The translations under genes were made by a program, and so were the position numbers. A DNA stretch of 64,000 bases, taken from NCBI GenBank assembly GCA_964276515.1, contig OZ193909.1:20956001-21020000 (forward strand). Reading direction: 5' to 3'. Below, piece by piece: positions 52,800 to 64,000 of this stretch. The number at the start of each line of letters is the position of its first letter. Position 1 is the stretch's first letter. The DNA is from Gordius albopunctatus (Eukaryota). The notes below the pieces were generated by a model. That model was not told the origin of the DNA. It worked only from the letters and a program-made list of their open reading frames with translations, and searched no databases.

Positions 52800-53492
52800 T
52801 TTTGCCCCCCCCCTATTTTTTACCCTCTTTCTGATGTGGGGGAAAGGGGGGGGGGATGGTGGGTATTTTGCCCCCCCCCCTTTTATTTTTTACCCTCTTT
52901 CTGATGCAAGGGAAGGGGGGGGGGCATGGTGGGTATTTTGCCCCCCCCCCTAATTTTTTACCCTCTTTCTGATGCGGGGGAAAGGGGGGGGGCATGGTGG
53001 GTATTTTGCCCCCCCCCCCTAATTCTTTACCCTCTTTCTGATTCCGGGGTGAGGTGGGAGGGGTTGATTCGCCCCTTTTCTTATTTTTTATCCTATTTCT
53101 CAGCCGGGGGGGGGGGCCGGAAAGCTCTTTCTAACCCTTTCAAAATATTTTTTTGAATTTTCCCGGTCACAGTGGTGACAAATGTCTTGGAAACTTTTCC
53201 CATTGTGACGTCATAGTGAAAAGTATTATAATCTAATCTCTAGTAAATTATAGTTAATTATATTTTTGTGAAGTTTTGCCCCCCCCTTTATTTTTTACCC
53301 TCTTTCTGATGCAGGGGAAGGGGGGGCATGGTGGGTGTTTTGCCCCCCCCCCCTATTTTTTACCCTCTTTCTGATGCGGGAGAAGGGGGGGGTGGTGGGT
53401 GTTTTGCCCCCCCCCCTATTTTTTACCCTCTTTCTGATGTGGGGGAAAGGGGGGGGGGGGATGGTGGGTATTTTGCCCCCCCCCTTTATTTT
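52800..53492. repeat. ~65-bp G-tract/C-tract minisatellite in the element arms (inverted array at ~55400-55575)
   Basis: Unit TTTTGCCCCCCCC..TTTTACCCTCTTTCTGATGCGGGGGAAGGGGGGG.CATGGTGGGT repeated in two blocks. Confidence 0.9.
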
Positions 53493-53493
53493 T

Positions 53494-55310
53494 ATGTTGT
53501 AATGGAGTTTGAGGAGGTGAGATACGTCGTATGTGGCTACGAAGTTTGCAATGATCGATTCCAGGATAGGTGAGTTTGACCCTCCTTTGAGTAGGACGAA
53601 ATAGGCTGTGGTGGAGTCGGTGACGACCTTTGGGTAGTTTGCCCCATTGTGGATTGCGTGGAGGTAGGCATAGATTGCGGCAATCGTCTCTGTGGCGGTA
53701 ATGTGTCCTTCGTTTACCCATTCCAGCCCTATTGCTCGTGCTGCGTCCTTGAAAGTGATGGAGAAGTTTTGCCCTTCCCATGAGATGCCTATGTGTTCGT
53801 CGGAGGCATCGGCGTATATTGTGGTGTCGTGTTCCCTGTGTAGGAGTATAATTTGTTTGAGGATCTCTAAACATCCCTGTAGTTTAGCTTGGGCTGCTGG
53901 CCTGTCATGGCTCGTGACGTTGTTGTTTGCGGCCATCGCGTAGAAAGTGCTGAACAACCTCGGCATTCCTGTGAGGTTGTAGTAAAAATAATTGAGCACT
54001 CCTAAGGCTTCCATCAGCGTGTAGTCTGTTATCGGCGTTGGTGTTGATAAGAAGAGGTGAAGTATGTCCGCTGCATACTTCAATCGTGTTTGAGTGCTGG
54101 TGGATACTTTAATCGAATGCGTGCGAAAGTCGAGTATCAGTCCCAGGTATTCGATGGTGTTTGATGCCCATACTGATGATTTACTGGTGTTTATGGTAAG
54201 GCCCCAGTCTTTGGCCATTTCTGCGATGTTTCCCAGGTCTTCTGTGACGTGGTCTTCGTCCGCGAAGATTAAGATATCATCGAGGTATACGTTGTAGTTG
54301 CAGTGTTTTACTGCCTTTTTAACCAGATCTGCGACTATTGTTTGGAGTACAAAGGGCGAGAAGGAGGCCCCCATAGGTAGGACTTCGTAATGGTATAGTT
54401 TGTCTCGCCACTTGTAGCCGCAGTATCGTTTGGCCTTCTTGTGTAAGGGTATGCTAAAGAACGCGGCTTTCAAATCTATTTTAGCCGCGTAATTGGCTTT
54501 TGCCAACTTTTTTGCTGTGAGGGGGATGGTAGCCAACTTGACTGGTAGATGCTTAAAATTCTTTGAAGCCTCTGACAGATCAGTGATAACGCGGGCATCC
54601 CCATTTTGTTTAGCTATGAAGAAGGTTGCGGAGGTGATGGCGAGCGATTGAGTCTCGGATACAACCCCCGCTTCTTTCATAGTGGTGAAGTAAGCTGGAC
54701 TTCCCTTTGAGATACCTTTACGCCTTTCTGGTCTGAATAGAACGTTGTTCCTCCTAATCTTAGGGAGGTCAAGTGGCGGTTTGAAACCTTCAAACGCTAC
54801 TTTCAGCGTGAAGGGCGACATTAGAGGATATGGCTTTAGCCTTGAGGTCTTAATGTCGAGAGGCCCTTTGGGCTTGTTTGCTACGCTTTGTTTGCCCCAT
54901 AGGAAGATGGCTTTGTGCCTATCCACAAGGTCCGGGATATGTCCCGAACCGGTGTCCCCGCCGAGGGATTCGTCATCGGGGTTAGTGCGATCGCTAACGT
55001 CGGTGGGTATCTTTGGATACTCTCGTGGCGGTAATGGAGGGGGCTGCGCTGGACCATCGGAGTTGTCTTCATCTGCCGGATGCGCTGGGGAAAAGATCTG
55101 GCGGCGGGTCTCCTTTAAAAAGTTTTTGATTTGTTGCCACCACCTAGGAGAGCCCGAGTCTTTATCCCCGTTGAGAGTCGGTTTGCCCGAGGGCCCGTAC
55201 TCCCACCGGCTGACGGTGTTGCGTATTAGCTTACGAACGCGGGGCAGGGGCCGCGTTCTTCGGCAAGTGTCGGCTCGGCTTTTTGCCTCTGCCCCTGCCA
55301 GCTCCTGGAA
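53494..55310 (-). mobile_element. DIRS/Ngaro-related RT-RNase H, copy 2: uninterrupted frame, truncated at both ends
   Basis: KQNGDARVITDL, KIDLKAAFFSIPL, LPMGASFSPFVLQ, VYLDD, EYLG, IYADAS, HITATE, VVTDST; homologous to copy 1. Confidence 0.9.
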
Positions 55311-56797
55311 AAAGAAAGGTTTAAAAAGAGCTTTCCGCCCCCCCCGGGTGAGAAATAGGGTAAAAAATAATAAGAGGGGCAAATCACCCCCTCCCCCCTC
55401 ACCCCGGAATCAGAAAGAGGGTAAAAAATTAGGGGGGGGGGCAAAATACCCACCATGCCCCCCCTTTCCCCGCATCAGAAAGAGGGTAAAAAATAGGGGG
55501 GGTCAAAACACCCACCATGCCCCCCCTTCCCCTGCATCAGAAAGAGGGTAAAAAATAAAGGGGGGGGGGCAAAACTTCACAAAAATATAATTAACTATAA
55601 TTTACTAGAGATTAGATTATGATACTTTTCACTATGACGTCACAATGCGAAAAGTTTCCAATCAGTGACGTCATGATACATCTATTTTTATTTTCTTAAA
55701 TTAAAAGTTCATTAACTAAATCTAAATAATACAAACAAATTGATATATTTGCATGCCCAACCCAAAACGACCAAGACCAAACCAAAAGGTTAAATATATT
55801 ATCCACCCAAACCCTTTAGGTGTTTAATACACCCAAACCTAAACGCCAAGGGTGGCCCACAAAAAAACACCCAAAACGCTTTGGGTGTTTTTTACGAAAA
55901 CGCCAAAGCCCTCCCAAGAAAATTCACCTAACACTGATAGGGTTGGGTGAAAAAAAACGCCAACGCTTGCAGGCGACCAATAGAAACCCTTGGTTTTTTA
56001 CAACACTACTTTCGACCAATCCGGACATGAATGGCTTGAAGCTTACCCTAGTAAGTTTTCGGGTATGTTTTTGGAGAATCCTACCCTCTCCTACAATATA
56101 GCCCTCCGCTTGGGCTGTAAATACACGTCCTCATACCCCTGCCGGCTTTGTAATTCACTTGTAGATGAGGAAGCACGTCACCCTCTGCATTGTAAATTCA
56201 ACAAAAGCCGGTATGGTAGGCACCAAAAAATAAATACACTACTTCAAGCTGCCCTCAAACGGGCAAAAGTCCCTTCGATCCTTGAACCTTCAGATCCCTC
56301 TCTCGAAGGGCGGATGGGCCCGGACGGTTCGTCCCTTATCCCATGGGACAAAGGCCTTTTCTTAAAATGGGACTACACCTGTATAGACCTTTTTGCCCCC
56401 TCCAACGATACTCACGACCCCCTTGGATCGGCAGAGCATCGGAAATCCTTAAAATATTCAGCTTTATCCCAAACCTCGATTTTTATTCCTATCGTCTCAT
56501 CGTGCTCAGGGACATTTGGGAAGAGCGCTTTAATTTTTTTTAAAGAACTCAATAAACGCTCGCCCCCTTGTAAAATATCGAATAGTTTTTTACTACGACA
56601 ATCAATTGCCATCGCGATCGCTAAATCTAATTTTTATTCTTTGATGGATTCAATGCCCATTCTCAAAGATGAAGAAACGGATATTGAGTTTTAATCATTT
56701 TTTTTTATATAAATGTTTTCGTTCTTGTATCTTTTTATTAATTCCACTCAATATTTAATACTTTTTATTTAATAAAGCATGTCAATTTAAAAAAAAA

Positions 56798-57240
56798 AGA
56801 CACATCTGGTGGCCCAAAATATCCCGAGATATTAGCTTGTTCGTTCGTAGTGCGATGAGTGCAGTGTGGAAAACTAGCAAAAACGCCAAGACAAGACACG
56901 ACAAGGGGGATAAGTGGCCAATAAATAAAAAAAGTTAGGGAAAGGTTACACCTAGACTTTTTCGATTTTGAAGGAAAAAGATATATTATCCTCGTAGATG
57001 CCAACTTTAGCTGCGTAGAATTTAAACAGGGTTTTCTTTAAAAATTATAGGTGAAAATGGTCTCCTAATACAATTGTATCGGACACACAGCTTTTGCCGA
57101 CGCCGAGTTAAAGAGTTTTGTAGTAAATGGAGAATTCAGCATTTACTAACCCCTCCGTACCAACGGGCACGAATGGGCTCACGGAAAGGCACGTGGCGGT
57201 GGTGAAACGATGGTTAAAGAACGCTAAGGTCGAAAAAATG
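56798..57240 (+). mobile_element. Gypsy integrase fragment continuing 48952-49227
   Basis: HIWWPKISRDI, RLHLDFF, ILVDA, NGLTERHV. Confidence 0.75.
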
Positions 57241-57974
57241 ATCCCTAGGAAAATGTATTTAAGGTGTTAAAATATAAAAATTGTAGGAAAATTAGAATTT
57301 TTATATTAATTGACATAAAATCTGTGCTAGTTAAAATTATGGATGATGGTTCCTATCATTTAGTACGGGAAGTTTTCGCCTTTCTTTTATTAATTGCTAT
57401 GCAATTTATGGGCTCATTTTTATTTGTTGGTCCGTCCGTCCTATCCAACTTGTAAATTTTCAAGAATTGACATGGAATTTATATGGGTTTTTAATGGCTA
57501 CGGATTTTCGCTTCTGTAAAAGAGTTTTATTTTGCTTTTGAAAATAGACTAGTTAATGACCGCTGAATGGCTCCACAAATTCCATTGTTTATGGGCCTGA
57601 CTGATTGCCTTAATATATAAATAACTTTTATTAATCTCTAGGTTGCTGCTTTATAACAGATGATCGCCGAACTGGTTAAATTATTCTCTGCAAATTGCTG
57701 ATGACCGTTGCTTACATCTAATTCGTCTGACCCGGACAGAGGCCAAACTCCTTGTTAATTGCTAGTTATTTTTGCTGCTTTATGATTTTTTTTGGCAACT
57801 TGACTAGGTTGAACTGATTTATAACGGATAATCGCAAAACGGATTTAATGATTCCCTCCAAATTAATGATGACCGTTGCTTACATCTAATTTATCTGACG
57901 CCGGCCTAAAGCCAAAATCCATTTTTATTTTTGTGGCTGGAGGTTAGGATATTTATGGTACGTTTACGCTACGT

Positions 57975-60420
57975 GAAGCCTGACGAGAATCTCATCATCG
58001 GAGCAGACTTTAATGGGCACGTTGGGAAAGAAAGGGGCGTGTACGAACAAAATCACGGCGGGCATGGCTATGGAGTGAAAAATAAAGAGGAAGAGAAGTT
58101 ACTACAGATGGCGCAAGCTTACGATATGGCCATTGTGAATACCTTCTTTCAGAAGCGTACCGAACATTTAGCGACGTACAGTAATGGAAATCACCTTACA
58201 CAGGTCGACTACATATTAGTGAAGCGCAAAAATTTGTGGCAAGTTAAAGATTGCAAGGTTATACCGGGGGAAGAAATCGCCAAACAACATCGGCCAGTTG
58301 TCCTCGATATAGCAAGAAAGATTTTTCCCGTAAGGAGAAAAGTCTACACACCAAGGACAAAGTACGAAAAGCTTAAGGATGATCATGCAAATGAAATGTT
58401 TCACACTCGAGCAACTCCGCTCTTGAAGGTTGCAGGCTTGGAGGGCGACATTAACAAAAGGTGGGGCACCGCTGCAAATGTTCTAAAGGAAACGGCCTTT
58501 CAAATATTGGGACGAACTAAGGGCGGCAGAGCTCACAAGCGTGAACTATGGTGGTGGAATGACTCGGTCAAAGAGGTTATAGAAGAAAAGAAGGCGTTTT
58601 ACCTACGATGGTACAAAACGAAGAAAGGAGAAGACTACGAGGCACATCGTGAAGCGAAACGCAAAGCTAAGATAGCGGTCGCGAAGAACGACGCTTACAC
58701 CGAGATGGCAAACAAGCTCGATACCAAGGGCGGCGACATAGTCATGTATAAACTCGCAAATATCAGGGAGAAAAAAGTCGAGATGTCGGGACACTTAAAG
58801 TCATTAAAAGCGAAGAGGGACGAACGTTGTGCAAACCGAAGGAAGTCATCAAAAGATGGAAAGATTATTTCCAAAATATGATGAACAAAACGAATGATAG
58901 AAGACCGCTAGAGAGGGTGGAACCGAACTCGAACTTGGTTTTACCATTTCAGGCTTATGAAATAGGAGCACAACTAACGAAGATGCGGAAAGGGAAAGCG
59001 CTAGGTCCCGATGATCTACCGATCGAAGCTTGGCTTGGGTGCAAAGGAGAAGGAATCGACATAATGACAGGCCTATTTAACGCTATGCTGTATGAGAGTC
59101 GTATCCCTGACCAATGGAGGGAAAGTACGATCATACCCATATACAAAGGTAAAGGAGACGCACAGGAATGTGGCAACTTTAGAGGTATCAAGTTGACCTG
59201 CCACTCACTAAAACTACTAGAAAGGGTGCTAGTGAAAAGGCTCAATGACGAAGTTTGTCTCTCGCCCAATCAGTTTGGATTTGTGGCCGGTAAATCAACA
59301 ATGGACCCAATCTTTGCGTTGAAGCAGACGATGGAAAAATATGGCGACATAAGAAAATTACACATGGTCTTCATCGATTTAGAAAAGGCCTACGATACGG
59401 TTCCGAGAGACTTAATATGGTGGTCCCTTAGAGCCAGAAATATACCCGAAGGATATGTTCGACTTATCAAGGAAATGTATAATGGCGCGGTTGCATCTGT
59501 TAGGACTACCGTAGGAGTAACGAAACCCTTCCGAATAATGATCGGACTACATCAAGGATCAGCGTTAAGCCCATTCTTGTTTAATCTAATTATGGATACA
59601 ATAACAAAGGATTTGCACAAGCCAGCCCCTTGGACTATGCTATATGCCGACGATATTGTCCTATGCGATGAAACAAGAGAAGTGGTTTTTCATCAGGCGA
59701 AAAAATGGTCAGAACGTTTCTCGGAATTCGGGTTAAAGGTCAGCGAGAAGAAAACGGTTTACATGCAAACGATGGGCGGTAGTCCGCAAATGCACAAAAT
59801 TGACGGTCCAAGGTACACGGAGGTTGATAAGTTCACATATCTTGGCTCGCTATTACATCAAGAGGGAGGATGTACCGCCGAAGTCCATTCTCGGATCAAG
59901 AAAGCATGGCTCAGGTGGCGCAGCATCTCCGGTGTCATGTGTGACAAAAAGATACCAATTTGGTTGAAAAGCAAGGCGTACAAAGCCATCGTGCGACCGG
60001 TCTTGCTTAACGGGAGCGAAACATGGGCTGTAACCACCGCGGAGGAGAAACTCTTGCAAGTCACGGAAATGAGAATGGTGCGATGGAGCTTAGGCTACAC
60101 CAAGCTGGATCGCATGACGAACGAATCCTTGATGACAAAGATGGGTATACAAGCGACGAAGGACTTCTTAAGAGAAAATCGACTGCGGTGGTACGGCCAT
60201 GTATTACGAAGAGACGAAGACGATGTCACACGCCGAACGCTGGAGATGGACGTGCCTGGAAGAAGAGGAAGGGGCAGACCACGTGCCACCTGGAAACGAC
60301 CGGTCGAAAAGGATATGGACGTCAAACAGATGGAAATTGGCATGGCATTCACACGACTCAGATGGAAGAGGCTGCTGAAAACGTACCCCACGTCTGTGGG
60401 ATTTTCAACACGATAAAGAA
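57975..60420 (+). mobile_element. 5'-truncated RTE LINE, sister subfamily of 21824-24909
   Basis: GADFNGHVG, QVDY, HQGSALSP, YADD, NRLRWYGH; frameshift near 58780. Confidence 0.95.
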
Positions 60421-61273
60421 CTTCAAATATATAAAAAATAAATTTTTGGCTGAAAATAAATAATTATCAACGCTGGTTGGCTAAATTTTCGACCTCGCCC
60501 GATATTCACTATTGTTAATGGGCCCCTTCCGGACCTCACTTGATTCTTAATTTCTTGCCTTCTTTGTGCATTTTTGTAAGTGTGGGCGCCTAACCTCCAG
60601 GCCTAAAATGTATATCTTTTTATGACTCACTACTTAGAGTTTGACCATTACCCCCTCCCCCCTCTTTGCCCCACCCCTTGTTGTCAATTTTGTCACTTTT
60701 GCCTCCCTTGCTCTCTTCTTTGACACCCCCCCCCTTGTTCTACTATTTGTCCCCCTTTTGACTTTCTCTGCCCCTTACCACCCCCCCCCCTTTAAATATA
60801 CATGTTCCCCGAAAAAAATAATTTGTCTTAAAATAAATGAGGACCGTTCTTAATTTTTTGTCCCCTTTTCTGTATGAATTTTCTTAGTGCAGGCGCTAAC
60901 ATTTAGCCCAGAAACTGTATATATTTCTTAGACGCCCTGCCTAGAGTTTGACCATTGCCCCCCCCCTTTATAGGCATTTAAAAATCTCATTAAAGCTTGT
61001 TATAATGCCCGCCCGAAAATTTAAATTTAGGATAGGGCCTAGCTTTTCTGATCTCTGCTGCAAATATAAACCACAAACACGATTTATGTGATATCGTTAT
61101 TTTTTTACTTTATTTAAAAATTTTATGCCTCAATGGCAAGATGTGCATATTTAATTGCAAAATCTTCCGTATTTTAAATGAATATTCTCTATATTGTTTA
61201 TAATTAGGCAAACATTTCACCTCACGACTGTCAAAAGGAGCAAAAATTCGAATTTATATTGCAGCTACAAGAT

Positions 61274-61462
61274 TAGTGTTTTAAAAAGGGCTGGTTTTTT
61301 TAGTCGACTAAACATAAAGAGACCAAAGATTTTTTGGTGTCTATTTTCATAGTCGATTACATGGCTTAGTCAAAATTTGAAAAAGAGACCATAGTCAATT
61401 GTTAGTCTTGCTTAAACCAAAGGTCGACCAAACAAAACTTACCAGCAGTTTTTACAACACTA
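61274..61462. mobile_element. hAT-type MITE with the same termini as the RT-carrying element
   Basis: TAGTGTTTTAAAAA..GTTTTTACAACACTA; perfect 8-bp TSD TACAAGAT. Confidence 0.85.
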
Positions 61463-61879
61463 TACAAGATACAAAGTTTGGGACTCTTTTATGATATGGA
61501 ATTCCTATGGCAATTCTGATATTATATGTTTGATATAAAAAAACTTTGAAGATAACATACCAAGCAAACGCAAACATTTTTGCTATTAAATTTTAATATT
61601 TATTGAATTCTTAAAGTAATGACCACATTTATACCCCGAAGCTTAATGTCCTTTTCTATAATTTAGACAAAACTATCCTCAAGTCTTTTAAATCCATTTA
61701 ATGTTAGCCAATCTTAATTTAATGTAATTGTTCACACAAAGCTCTTCATAAGGATGTATATAGTTAAAACTCTAGTTTACTTCAAATGTGTGAGATTAAA
61801 ACATAGGTGACATTGTTATAAGTAAGAAACAAGTTAGGAATTAATTTTTAAACGTATATAATTATCATTCATATGTTCA

Positions 61880-63965
<2,086 letters not shown>

Positions 63966-64000
63966 TTAATAAATAAAAATTAATCTGGAGATTATTTACC

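Larger units (their letters stand above)
52338..56008. mobile_element. Non-autonomous fold-back hAT-type element carrying an RT-RNase H ORF
   Basis: TIR TAGTGTTGTAAAAA; perfect 8-bp TSD CTTTCGAC (52330-52337, 56009-56016); long internal inverted arms (~52394-53140 vs ~55310-55965). Confidence 0.92.
49228..56797 (+). mobile_element. Probably full-length CRE-clade non-LTR retrotransposon (~3.9 kb without its insert), decayed
   Basis: ~0.9-kb leader; CPLC..HGP..C finger; RPIAIG, QLGFGVKGGCE, LDFKNAFNS, QQGDPL, WYLDD; CCHC and PD nuclease; A tail; possible TSD AGACA. Confidence 0.9.

Noticed and set aside
52800..53492. CRISPR-like repeat array
   Set aside because: Tandem units have no unique spacers, there are no cas genes, and the context is eukaryotic.
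53416..53874. Arg/His-rich ORF overlapping RNase H in both RT copies, a possible recombinase start
   Set aside because: No recombinase motif, poor amino-acid conservation between copies and stops in copy 1; explained as an alternative frame of pol.
54745..55551. Long antisense ORFs over both RT copies (also 28521-29111)
   Set aside because: Codon-aligned antisense shadows of a GC-rich coding frame; no independent evidence.

Overview
AT-rich eukaryotic DNA, most likely from an invertebrate animal. A few compact host genes with miniature introns (mostly 31-42 nt) sit among nested transposable elements. Host genes: TTC4, an intronless TRIT1-like tRNA dimethylallyltransferase, an intronless divergent class A GPCR, NSDHL, RBBP4/CAF1-p55 (5' partial), tRNA-Thr(AGT), and a two-exon gene for a secreted Gly/Arg/Tyr-rich peptide. 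Transposable elements: RTE LINEs (one full-length with a single nonsense codon), CRE-clade non-LTR elements, decayed Gypsy elements, hAT-type MITEs with 8-bp TSDs, non-autonomous Helitrons, tRNA-derived SINEs sharing an RTE 3' end, and a piggyBac remnant. The most unusual signal is two diverged copies of a DIRS/hepadnavirus-like RT-RNase H element with no visible tyrosine recombinase, integrase, LTR pair or TSD of its own. Each lies inside a different non-autonomous DNA transposon: a Helitron at 26.9-30.5 kb and a fold-back hAT element at 52.3-56.0 kb. The longer copy has a small acidic ORF, a TATA/Inr, a long fold-back structure, an AATAAA and hairpins downstream of pol. All calls come from manual reading; no database searches were run.
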